From NCBI GenBank assembly GCA_035655515.1, contig DASRUI010000016.1:1-57314 (forward strand): a stretch of 57,314 bases of DNA, given 5' to 3'. The position numbers and the translations under genes are program-made. This DNA comes from Thermodesulfobacteriota bacterium (GTDB lineage Bacteria; Desulfobacterota; GWC2-55-46; DRQE01). The notes under the pieces are model-generated. The model was not told the origin of the DNA. It did not search any database and was given only the letters and a program-made list of their open reading frames with translations. How positions within the stretch are numbered: the first letter of the stretch is position 1; every line of letters starts with the position of its first letter. Positions 34,178-42,684 of this stretch are shown piece by piece.

Positions 34178-35704
34178 TTAAAAGCCCGCCACGGGCGCGC
34201 CCGTTACCTGCTCCAGAAGATTGGCGACCGATACGCGCATCACGTCAAGAAAACTTGCGGGCCACAAACCAACCCAGAATACGAACACCGTAAACGCGAC
34301 GAGAGCCGCGGCTTCCCTCAGGTTTATGTCGCAGACGCAGCCCCGCCCCGCGCCGTCGCCGGGCTCCGCTTGAGCCGTGTCGAAGCTGAAGCATACCCTC
34401 TGATACATGGAAAGCATGTAAGCCGTGCCGAGCGCTATGCCCGCAAGAAGGAATAACAAATAAAACTTATAGCTCGCGTACGCGCCTACGAATATCAGGA
34501 ATTCTCCGATAAATCCGTTAGTGCCCGGGAATCCCAGAGACGCCAGAGAGAAGATAAAGAGAAATCCCGCGTAAGCAGGCATGAGCCTTCCCACCCATCC
34601 GTAGTCTTTGAGATTTCTCGTGTGCGTCCTCTCGTATATCAACCCGACGCAGAGGAACAGCGCCCCTGTCGTTATGCCGTGGTTGAACATCTGAAGTATG
34701 CCGCCCTCGACCCCGTTCTTGTTGAAAAGAAATAACCCCAAGGTGATGAAGCCCATGTGGCTCACGCTCGAATAGGCGATGAGTTTTTTCATGTCCTCCT
34801 GCGAAAGAGCGAGGAACGCCCCGTATATTATGGCTATTATGGAAAGGATTATGACGGGGGTGGCGAAATAAATGCTCGCGTCGGGGAACATGGGGAGCGA
34901 AAACCTCAGAAATCCGTACGCGCCCATCTTCAGAAGCACTCCGGCGAGTATGATGCTTCCGGCGGTCGGAGCCTCAACGTGCGCGTCCGGCAACCAAGTG
35001 TGGAACGGAAACATGGGAACCTTTATGGCGAAGGCGATGAAGAACAAAATAAACACGAACGCCTGAAAGCCGAAGGCGTATTGCTTTGTCATGAGAAGCG
35101 GTATGTCGAACGTCCCTCCGGAGGCGAAATAGAGGGCGATGATGCCGACGAGCATGAGTATGCTTCCGGCAAGCGTGTAGAGGAAGAACTTAATCGCCGC
35201 GTAAACCCTCCTCGGCCCGCCCCAAACCCCGATTATGAGATACATCGGTATGAGCATGGCCTCCCAGAATATGTAGAAGAGGAAGAAGTCGAGCGAGGCG
35301 AAAACCCCCATCATGGCGGCCTGTATAACGAGGAGCGTTATCATGAACTCTTTTACGCGCTTATCAACTGACGTCCACGAGGCCAAAACGCATATCCACC
35401 CGATGAGGCCGGTAAGGAACATGAAGAGAACGCTTATACCGTCTATTCCGAGGTAGTACTCGATATTAAGGCTCGGTATCCATTCGCCTCTTTCGACGAA
35501 CTGCATTGCGGCGGTTCCCTTGTCGAAACGCAAGAGAAGGGGTATGGTAAGGATAAAGTCCGCGACAAGCGCCGCGAGCGTTATCCAGCGCGAGGCCGAG
35601 TCGTTTCTCACGAAAAGAAGCAGGGCGACGGCCAGAAGCGGCAGGAATATTATGACGCTCAGGATATGGCCTTTAATAATAGGCAAATCGAGAAGAAACT
35701 CCAT
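34178..35704 (-). CDS. nuoM: NADH-quinone oxidoreductase subunit M, upstream tandem copy
   Basis: True start is ATG 35704 (MEFLLDLPIIKGH...), 2 nt after the nuoK stop. The 605-aa track ORF is an out-of-frame read-through across nuoK. It has the same NuoM motifs as the other copy. Confidence 0.92.
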   Translation of the reverse strand: MEFLLDLPIIKGHILSVIIFLPLLAVALLLFVRNDSASRWITLAALVADFILTIPLLLRFDKGTAAMQFVERGEWIPSLNIEYYLGIDGISVLFMFLTGLIGWICVLASWTSVDKRVKEFMITLLVIQAAMMGVFASLDFFLFYIFWEAMLIPMYLIIGVWGGPRRVYAAIKFFLYTLAGSILMLVGIIALYFASGGTFDIPLLMTKQYAFGFQAFVFILFFIAFAIKVPMFPFHTWLPDAHVEAPTAGSIILAGVLLKMGAYGFLRFSLPMFPDASIYFATPVIILSIIAIIYGAFLALSQEDMKKLIAYSSVSHMGFITLGLFLFNKNGVEGGILQMFNHGITTGALFLCVGLIYERTHTRNLKDYGWVGRLMPAYAGFLFIFSLASLGFPGTNGFIGEFLIFVGAYASYKFYLLFLLAGIALGTAYMLSMYQRVCFSFDTAQAEPGDGAGRGCVCDINLREAAALVAFTVFVFWVGLWPASFLDVMRVSVANLLEQVTGAPVAGF

Positions 35705-35706
35705 GC

Positions 35707-36009
35707 TTACCCTTTCAAAGAATCCATTTCGTCGGCATTGAAGACGTTGCGTTGCCTCATGAGCGCTATCAATATGCCCAGGGCAACGGCGACCTCGGCC
35801 GCGGCTACGGTTATGGTGAAAACCGCGAACATCTGCCCCCTCATGTCGCCGAGATAGTACGAAAACGCCACGAGGTTTATGTTCACCGAGTTGAGCATCA
35901 GCTCGACGCTCATGAGCATTATTATTATATTCTTCCTGAGCAGCACCCCGGACGCCCCTATGACAAAAAGCGCGAGCCCGAGCGCCATATACCACGTAAC
36001 TGGAATCAT
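35707..36009 (-). CDS. nuoK: NADH-quinone oxidoreductase subunit K
   Basis: 100 aa, 3 [28 protein letters not shown]...[11 protein letters not shown]. Confidence 0.93.
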   Translation of the reverse strand: MIPVTWYMALGLALFVIGASGVLLRKNIIIMLMSVELMLNSVNINLVAFSYYLGDMRGQMFAVFTITVAAAEVAVALGILIALMRQRNVFNADEMDSLKG

Positions 36010-36013
36010 AACC

Positions 36014-36508
36014 TCAGTTCCACCTCTTTTTCGCCATGACTATCGCGCCGACCATCGCGGCCAGCAAAAGCACCGAAACAACCTCGAACGGAAGAAGATA
36101 ATCGGTAAAAAGGGCCTTGCCGAACTCTTTGACCGAGGTCTCGGCGGAGGTCGGGGGCAACATGTCTTTAAAGGCGCTGCCCCATATTACGATAAAAAAC
36201 TCGATGGCGACGAGCGGGCTCACCACGTAGGCGAACCACCTGTTAAGCCGCGGGAAGACCTCAAGCGCCGCTTTTTCCATGTCCAACACCAAAACGACGA
36301 AGAGGAAAAGCACCATGACCGCGCCGACGTATATGAAAAGTTGCGCCGCCGCGAGGAAAGGCGCGCGGAGAAGCACGAATATGCACGCCACCTGAAAAAA
36401 CGTCACCATGAGCGCGAGGGCGCCGTGCACCGGGTTTTTCAGGCTTATCACCGCCAGCGCCGCGACTACCGCGGTAACCGCGAACATTATAAAGAATAAT
36501 TTTTCCAT
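36014..36508 (-). CDS. nuoJ: NADH-quinone oxidoreductase subunit J
   Basis: True start is ATG 36508 ([33 protein letters not shown]...[13 protein letters not shown]). The upstream 41 codons of the track ORF translate an intergenic repeat. Confidence 0.9.
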   Translation of the reverse strand: MEKLFFIMFAVTAVVAALAVISLKNPVHGALALMVTFFQVACIFVLLRAPFLAAAQLFIYVGAVMVLFLFVVLVLDMEKAALEVFPRLNRWFAYVVSPLVAIEFFIVIWGSAFKDMLPPTSAETSVKEFGKALFTDYLLPFEVVSVLLLAAMVGAIVMAKKRWN

Positions 36509-36521
36509 ATATCCCGCAATT

Positions 36522-36600
36522 CCCGCTTCCCGTTGCAATGCTTTACCGGGGTACCCATGCGAAGCATGGGTCGTGGAGCCCGGCCCCTTTGAAAAAGAGG
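36522..36600. repeat. Mosaic hairpin-module repeat in the nuoI-nuoJ gap
   Basis: The 17-mer cgcttcccgttgcaatg (36524-36540) is identical to 45001-45017. The 26-mer ggggtacccatgcgaagcatgggtcg (36548-36573) is identical to 49069-49094. The element ends with cccctttgaaaaag. Confidence 0.8.
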
Positions 36601-36609
36601 AAAACGAAA

Positions 36610-37197
36610 CTACTTCGCCTTTAACCACCAATCGGGCTTTTGTTCTTCAAAATACGGCACTATGACCGGCACGCCTTTAATCTTATCCCTGCCGAGCCGC
36701 GCCTTCACGATGACGCCTCCCTTGAAATACTCCGGGGTGCGCTGAGGCACGAGCAGTTCTTCCTTCGTGAAAAACGTGCAACTTTTGTCGGAGCAGGCAA
36801 GCTCGAAGTCCCTGCCGAGCCGGACGGCCGTCGTCGGGCAGGCGTCCTCGCAGTATCCGCAGAAAAGGCACCTTACGAGGTTTACCGTCCAGACCGCCGC
36901 TACCCTGTCGGATATGCCTCTTCCGTTCTTGTCCTCGACCGGCACCACCGTTATGCAGTTGGTCGGGCAGGCCTTGACGCAAAGTTCGCACGCGACACAG
37001 AGTTCCTTGCCTCTCTCGTCCCTGTTCAACGTGTGCCTGCCTCTAAACCTCCTGTACGGCACCCACTTCTCCTCGTCCGGATAGCGAAGCGTTACGCTCC
37101 TCGACACGTTATGCCGGAAGGTAGTGGAAAGCCCCTTCAGAAAATCCAAGAAGAATATCCTCTTTATCAAATCCGCTATGCCGAAAGGTTTTTTCAT
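36610..37197 (-). CDS. nuoI: NADH-quinone oxidoreductase subunit I
   Basis: ATG 37197 overlaps the nuoH stop (ATGA). Two 4Fe-4S motifs, CVACELCVKACP and CLFCGYCEDACP. A ~35-aa C-terminal extension is present. Confidence 0.93.
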   Translation of the reverse strand: MKKPFGIADLIKRIFFLDFLKGLSTTFRHNVSRSVTLRYPDEEKWVPYRRFRGRHTLNRDERGKELCVACELCVKACPTNCITVVPVEDKNGRGISDRVAAVWTVNLVRCLFCGYCEDACPTTAVRLGRDFELACSDKSCTFFTKEELLVPQRTPEYFKGGVIVKARLGRDKIKGVPVIVPYFEEQKPDWWLKAK

Positions 37198-38231
37198 GGC
37201 ACCCATATCTTTAAGAATCCGGTAACGAGAATGTTCGCCATCGAGACCGGTATCAATATCTTCCACCCTATGTTCATGAGCTGGTCATAGCGGTAGCGCG
37301 GTATGGTAAACCTTATCCACATGAAAAAGTAGATTAACACCGCCACCTTGCCCATGAGCCAGAATATCCCCGGCAAAATCCCCGTGCCGAACGGGTCGTC
37401 CCAGCCGCCGAGGAAAAGAATGGTCGTAAGCGCCGCGATGGAGGTCATGGCGATGTACTCGGCCATGGCGAAGAACGAAAACCTCATGCCGCTGTATTCG
37501 GTGTGGAACCCCGCCCCGAGAGTGCCCTCGTCCTCGGGAAGGTCGAACGGAATCCTGTTCATCTCGGCCATCCCGGCTATCACGAATATCACGAACCAAA
37601 CAGGCCCGACCGGAAGGTAAAACACGTTCCAATGGAATACCCCTCCGTATTGGCTCCTTACGATGTCCAATAGGGAGAGGGAGCCTGATATCATCACGAC
37701 CCCTATCACCGCGAACGTGAGGGACACCTCGTAACTGATCATCTGGGCCGCGGAACGAAGCCCTCCGAGAAGGGCGTACTTGCTGTTCGATGCCCACCCT
37801 CCTAACATCAATCCGTAAACCGAAAGGCCGGAAACCGCGAGCACGTATAAAATCCCCATGTTCATGTCTGAGATGTAGAGGGTTATCTCTTTATCCACGT
37901 AGGGAAGATTAACGGATTCCCCGAACGGCATCGCGACGAATATCAAGAACATCGGCACAAGCGCTATGAGGGGCGCGATCTTAAAAAGAAACTTATCGGC
38001 CTTTTCCGGAACGATGTCCTCCTTGAGGAGCATCTTTATTCCGTCGGCGACGGGCTGGAGTATGCCGTGCGGGCCGACCCTGAAGGGCCCGAGCCTCGAC
38101 TGTATGTGCCCTGCCACCTTCCTCTCTATCCACGTAAGAGGTATGGGAAGGTTAAAGAGCACTCCGGCCACTATCATCACCTTTACGATGATTATGACGA
38201 CCTCTGTCAATACCGCCGTATCCATTGTCAT
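37194..38231 (-). CDS. nuoH: NADH-quinone oxidoreductase subunit H
   Basis: IERKVAGHIQSRLGPFRVGPHGILQPVADGIKMLLKED...EGTLGAGFHTEYSGMRF. Confidence 0.95.
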   Translation of the reverse strand: MTMDTAVLTEVVIIIVKVMIVAGVLFNLPIPLTWIERKVAGHIQSRLGPFRVGPHGILQPVADGIKMLLKEDIVPEKADKFLFKIAPLIALVPMFLIFVAMPFGESVNLPYVDKEITLYISDMNMGILYVLAVSGLSVYGLMLGGWASNSKYALLGGLRSAAQMISYEVSLTFAVIGVVMISGSLSLLDIVRSQYGGVFHWNVFYLPVGPVWFVIFVIAGMAEMNRIPFDLPEDEGTLGAGFHTEYSGMRFSFFAMAEYIAMTSIAALTTILFLGGWDDPFGTGILPGIFWLMGKVAVLIYFFMWIRFTIPRYRYDQLMNIGWKILIPVSMANILVTGFLKIWVP

Positions 38232-38238
38232 GCCTGTC

Positions 38239-38709
38239 TTATCTCTTTCTTCCCCACATGTAGTTTATCATCTCCATGTAGCGCGTGTTCATGCCGCGCA
38301 CTATGGAATGCACGGTAAAAACGACGTTCCGCATGAGCTTATACACTATCCACGGGTGGGTTTCCACCACCCTCTCGAAGTCTTTCCTCTCAAGAACCAA
38401 AACCTCTATGTCGGAGACCGCGACGACGGTGGCGGAACGCGGCCTTCCGTCGAGAAAACTCATCTCTCCGAATATCTCCCCCTCTTTCATGAGGGTCAAC
38501 GTGAATAGTTCCCCGTCGGGAGAGACCTTGCAGGCCTTTACCTCGCCTTTTTTAAGCACGTAAAGCGATTCTCCGTCCTCGCTCTCTGAAAATATAGTCT
38601 CGCCGCGCTTGTACTCTTTCTTTCCGAGCATCTTCGCGACCACCTCGCGCTCTTTATCGTTAAGCTCGGTGAAGAAAGGGATGTTCCCGAGTATTTTCGG
38701 ATCTACCAT
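38239..38709 (-). CDS. Stand-alone cyclic-nucleotide-binding (CAP-family cNMP) domain protein, no HTH
   Basis: 156 aa. FFTELNDKEREVVAKML, ESLYVLKKGEV, and the phosphate-binding cassette FGEMSFLDGRPRSATVVA. A short helical tail follows and there is no DNA-binding domain. AAGGAGG RBS. It starts 34 nt after nuoG and ends 7 nt before nuoH. Confidence 0.85.
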   Translation of the reverse strand: MVDPKILGNIPFFTELNDKEREVVAKMLGKKEYKRGETIFSESEDGESLYVLKKGEVKACKVSPDGELFTLTLMKEGEIFGEMSFLDGRPRSATVVAVSDIEVLVLERKDFERVVETHPWIVYKLMRNVVFTVHSIVRGMNTRYMEMINYMWGRKR

Positions 38710-38743
38710 AAAACGCCTCCTTTTACTTTCAAGGGCATATTAG

Positions 38744-41239
38744 TCATTCCTTGAAACCCGCTATGTTGACGACCGGTATAGGTTCGCCTTTTCTGAAAAA
38801 TCTGTTCACCGGAGCGTCATTGAAATTCTCCGGTATGAAACAAACGTCTTTCATGGAATTCGCCTTGACCCGCAACGCGAACTTGGCGCTGAATCCGTTT
38901 CCGCTCACAATGACCTTGTCTCCGTCCGAAAGGCCGGCCTCGTCGGCCCTGAGTTTGCTTATCTCGACAACAGGCTCCTTAAGAAGCCCGCTGAGTATGG
39001 ACGACCTGCTTGAAAGTCTGCCTGAATAATAAAGGTGATTTCCCGTAACGAGAATATAAGAGTTGACCTTGTCGGTCTTGAACGGAACGCCCGGCTCCGG
39101 TTTATCCCCCGCGCCGGAAAGCCTTTTATCCGAAGCCTTTACCATGACGCCCTTGGCGCCGCCCGCCGATATCTCCGCTCCGGCGTAAGACGAGACTTGT
39201 TTTTTTATCTCCTCGAAAACCGAAGCGCTCGAACCGACGGTCATCGAAGCCGCGGCATCGAGAAGAGAGGCTATTATGTCGAAATCCGTCTTAACATCGC
39301 CCGGGGGCTTGACAAGCGGATAAACCGCCTGAATACGTCCTTCCTGATTCGTCACGGTGCCGCTTCTTTCGACGAACACGGCCGAAGGCAATATAAGATG
39401 CGCCAACTTCGCGGTCTCCGTCATGAAACTCGCCTGCACCGCCAAAAACTTGACCTTTGAAAGGGCGCCCCCGGCAAAGGCCTCGTCCGGGTACATCGCC
39501 GCTATGTCCTCTCCGACGACGTACATAGCGTCCATCTCTCCCGATGCCGCTTTCTCCAACATCTCCCCGCACGACATCCCCCGCGACACGGCTTCGTAGC
39601 CGGGGCCGAAAACCGGACTTACTCCCATGTCCCAGGCGCCCCTCTGGTTAGACCTGTCGAGAAGCGGCAATACCCTGATTTTCTTGCCCATCGCCTTGAG
39701 TGAAGCGATAAGAAGCCCTAACGCGAAAGAGCCTTCCTTATATCTTAGAAAGTCCGTGCCGGCCATGATGCTTATCGTCTCGGCTCTTTTGAAACGCTCT
39801 ATAAGGGCGTTTACGTCCGGGGCTTCGGCGCCGCATGTCTGCAAGAGTTCTTCGATCGAAGCGGCATTTATTGCCTCCATGCCCTTTACGGCGCTCAACT
39901 TGGCGGAATTGTCCTTATTAAGCAAAGAGACCGCCGCGAGGAGAAGGCTTCCGACACGTCCCGGAAGATGCCTTATCCTCAAATGCGCCGAGGAATCCAG
40001 CTTCATGGAGCGCGGAGACGCTATGACCACGGCCTTCCTCGCGCTCGCCGAAACATACCTTACTATGTAATCGGTAACCGGATTTTCATCCGATATCTGG
40101 GAGCCGACTATGAAAGTCATGTCCGAGTCCATGCACTCGTAAACGGCGGAAGGGCCTTCGGCCATGCCCGTGGCCGATATGAACGAGGCGACGGCCGAGG
40201 CGTCCCACCTTGAAGAAGAATCCACGTTAGGCGTCTTTACGACTTGCCTCATAAGCTTCTGAAAAAGGTAGAGTTCCTCGTTCGTAAGACGCGCCGAGGC
40301 GACGCCTCCGACCTTTTCCGGGGCCGGCCTCATGAGGGCTTCCTTAAGAACCTCTATCGCCCTCGCCCACGATATCGGCTCGAACCTGACGCCGACCTTC
40401 AAAAGAGGCGTTGTGAGCCTGTCGGCGTTGTTGCTTATGTCGTAACCGAACCTGCCTCTCGCGCAAAGCATGTTCGCGTTGAATCCGTTGGAATTGCGCG
40501 CTATGGAGCGCACCACCTCTCCGTTACGGGACTCGACGGTTATCCTGCAACCGGTCGCGCAATAAGGGCAGACCGTGGCGGAACTTTTCAAATCCCACGG
40601 CCTTGCCTTGTACCTGTAAGGCCGCCTCATAAAGCACCCTACAGGGCAAACCTCTATGCACATGCCGCAGTGGTCGCAGTCGAGTTCGGTCTTCCAAAAG
40701 CTCGTCTCCTCCTGATGCGCGCCCCTGCCCATGACACCCAGAACTCCCCTTCCGACAATCTCCCTGCAGACCCGGACGCACCTCGTGCACTGGACGCAGC
40801 GGTTGGAGTTCTTCACTATGACCGGACTTAAAACGTAATCTTCCTCGTGGAAGCGTATCTTGACCTCGTCGAATCTTCCGTTCCTCGGCCCGTGCTTGTA
40901 AACCATGTCCTGCAACTCGCACTCGCCGGCCTTGTCGCAGACCGGGCAATCGAGGGCGTGGTTCGAAAGGAGAAACTCAAGCATCGCCGCTCTCATAGAC
41001 GAAATCGAGCTTGACTCGGTAAGTATGCTCACGCCGGGTATTACCGGGGTTATGCACGCGGGTTGGAGCTTTTTCTGCCCCTCTATCTCTATAAGACACA
41101 TCCTGCAGCTTCCGAGTCCGGATATCCGAGCCTGATAGCAGAAGGTCGGGATGTCGAATCCGGCTTCTTTGGCCGCGTCCAGAATAAGCGTGCCGTCATT
41201 CACGGTTATCTCTTTATTGTTTATCTTTAAAGTTATCAT
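38744..41239 (-). CDS. nuoG: NADH-quinone oxidoreductase subunit G
   Basis: 831 aa. An N-terminal 2Fe-2S ferredoxin-like part (CYQARISGLGSCRMCLIE), HALDCPVCDKAGEC, 4Fe-4S motifs, then a molybdopterin-oxidoreductase-like domain. Confidence 0.93.
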   Translation of the reverse strand: MITLKINNKEITVNDGTLILDAAKEAGFDIPTFCYQARISGLGSCRMCLIEIEGQKKLQPACITPVIPGVSILTESSSISSMRAAMLEFLLSNHALDCPVCDKAGECELQDMVYKHGPRNGRFDEVKIRFHEEDYVLSPVIVKNSNRCVQCTRCVRVCREIVGRGVLGVMGRGAHQEETSFWKTELDCDHCGMCIEVCPVGCFMRRPYRYKARPWDLKSSATVCPYCATGCRITVESRNGEVVRSIARNSNGFNANMLCARGRFGYDISNNADRLTTPLLKVGVRFEPISWARAIEVLKEALMRPAPEKVGGVASARLTNEELYLFQKLMRQVVKTPNVDSSSRWDASAVASFISATGMAEGPSAVYECMDSDMTFIVGSQISDENPVTDYIVRYVSASARKAVVIASPRSMKLDSSAHLRIRHLPGRVGSLLLAAVSLLNKDNSAKLSAVKGMEAINAASIEELLQTCGAEAPDVNALIERFKRAETISIMAGTDFLRYKEGSFALGLLIASLKAMGKKIRVLPLLDRSNQRGAWDMGVSPVFGPGYEAVSRGMSCGEMLEKAASGEMDAMYVVGEDIAAMYPDEAFAGGALSKVKFLAVQASFMTETAKLAHLILPSAVFVERSGTVTNQEGRIQAVYPLVKPPGDVKTDFDIIASLLDAAASMTVGSSASVFEEIKKQVSSYAGAEISAGGAKGVMVKASDKRLSGAGDKPEPGVPFKTDKVNSYILVTGNHLYYSGRLSSRSSILSGLLKEPVVEISKLRADEAGLSDGDKVIVSGNGFSAKFALRVKANSMKDVCFIPENFNDAPVNRFFRKGEPIPVVNIAGFKE

Positions 41240-41276
41240 CTGCCGATTCCCTTTACCTTTACCCTTTTGTCTTTAC

Positions 41277-41370
41277 CTCCTCTCCCCGACGGGGAGAGGA
41301 TTGAGGTGAGGGGTCTTTAATTTTCTTTTCCTATAACCCCTAAGTCCCCCCTCGCCCCAAAGGGGAGAGG
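41277..41370. repeat. Two CCTCTCCCC/GGGGAGAGG-type hairpin units in the nuoF-nuoG gap
   Basis: cctcctctccccgacggggagaggattgaggtgaggggtc and cccctcgccccaaaggggagagg. Confidence 0.6.
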
Positions 41371-41423
41371 AAGAAAAAGATAAAACCATTGCTTCTTCTT
41401 TACCCTTTACCTCTACCCTGTCC

Positions 41424-42680
41424 TTACACCATGCACTTCTTATTTTCTACGTGATACACGAACTCTTCCCTGAAATTTTTAAGCGCGCCGCGAAGGGCCA
41501 TCACGGCGCCGTCAGACAAGGGACAGAACGTCCTTCCGAATATATTTCCGCAGAGGTCTTCCAAAAGCTCCACGTCTCCCTGCCTTCCGGTGCCGGACTC
41601 GAGACGCCTTAATATCTTGGTCATCCACGTCGTGCCTTCCCTGCATGGAGTGCATTTGCCGCAGGACTCGTGGCTGAAAAAGCGGTTTATTATGTAAGCG
41701 GTCTTGACCATGCAAGTCGTTTCGTCCATGACTATGACCCCTCCGCTTCCGAGCATGGTGCCTTTTTGCGCGAGGGAGTCGAAATCCATGGGCGTATCCA
41801 GATCCTTCTCGATAAGAAGCGGCGCGCTCACGCCTCCGGGTATTACCGCCTTGAATTTTCTTCCGTGCCTTACGCCTCCCGCGTGATCATAGATTATCTC
41901 GCGCAAAGGCGTGCCCATCGGAAGCTCAAAGATGCCCGGCTTATTCACGTGCCCGCTTACGCAGTAGAGTTTCGGGCCCGGGCTTTTTTCGGGCCCTATG
42001 GTTTTAAACCAGTTCGCGCCCTTGGATATTATGAAAGGCACGCAGGCCAATGTCTCGACGTTATTTATGACGGTCGGCTTTGCGTAAAGGCCGCTTAAAG
42101 CGGGGAACGGCGGCTTTTTCCTCGGCTGGCCCCTTAATCCCTCTATGGACTCGAGCAACGCGGTTTCCTCGCCGCAGATGTAGGCTCCGAAACCCCTGTG
42201 CACGTGCATATCGAGCGAAAAGCCGCTCCCGAAGATATTTTTACCGAGGTATCCCTTGCCATAGGCCTCAAGAATCGCCTGTTCGAGAATCTTCGCGCTC
42301 CGCGCGAACTCTCCCCTTATGTATATGTAAGCCGTGCCGGCGCCTATTGCGTAGCTCGTTATTATCATGCCCTCGATGAGAAGGTGCGGGTCGTTCTCCA
42401 TTATGACCCTGTCCTTGAACGTGCCGGGCTCGCCCTCGTCGGCGTTACAGCAGAGGTATTTGGCGAGGGTGGGATCCTTTGGTATGAAACTCCACTTAAG
42501 GCCCGTCGAAAAACCGGCTCCTCCCCTGCCCCTTAAGCCGGAATCCTTGATACGCTGGATAAGTTCGTCGGGAGTCATCTTGAACGCGTCCGCGACGGCC
42601 TTGTAACCGCCTCCTGCGAGATACGCGCCTATGGTGAGGGAGTCGGGCTTACCCACGTTTTTAAGAAGAGTCTTTTCCAT
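41424..42680 (-). CDS. nuoF: NADH-quinone oxidoreductase subunit F
   Basis: GLRGRGGAGFSTGLKW (FMN site), CNADEGEPGTFKDR and ESCGKCTPCREG (N3 cluster). Confidence 0.95.
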   Translation of the reverse strand: MEKTLLKNVGKPDSLTIGAYLAGGGYKAVADAFKMTPDELIQRIKDSGLRGRGGAGFSTGLKWSFIPKDPTLAKYLCCNADEGEPGTFKDRVIMENDPHLLIEGMIITSYAIGAGTAYIYIRGEFARSAKILEQAILEAYGKGYLGKNIFGSGFSLDMHVHRGFGAYICGEETALLESIEGLRGQPRKKPPFPALSGLYAKPTVINNVETLACVPFIISKGANWFKTIGPEKSPGPKLYCVSGHVNKPGIFELPMGTPLREIIYDHAGGVRHGRKFKAVIPGGVSAPLLIEKDLDTPMDFDSLAQKGTMLGSGGVIVMDETTCMVKTAYIINRFFSHESCGKCTPCREGTTWMTKILRRLESGTGRQGDVELLEDLCGNIFGRTFCPLSDGAVMALRGALKNFREEFVYHVENKKCMV

Positions 42681-42684
42681 CAGC

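Noticed and set aside
33190-34293. 367-aa plus-strand ORF (and its twin at 34757-35371).
   Set aside because: Both are antisense to the two nuoM copies. They appear twice only because nuoM is duplicated, and their composition is highly charged with Arg, Glu and His.
35705-35995. 97-codon N-terminal extension that makes the first nuoM a 605-aa ORF.
   Set aside because: The extension overlaps nuoK in another frame and reads as Arg/Gly-rich nonsense. The paralogue and the conserved MEFLLDLP start fix the true start at 35704.
36509-36631. 41-codon N-terminal extension of nuoJ. Similar short extensions occur for nuoC (44992-45015) and nuoA (46000-46041).
   Set aside because: The extensions translate intergenic hairpin repeats, or in the case of nuoA overlap the predicted -10 box. 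Internal starts give canonical N-termini with RBS.
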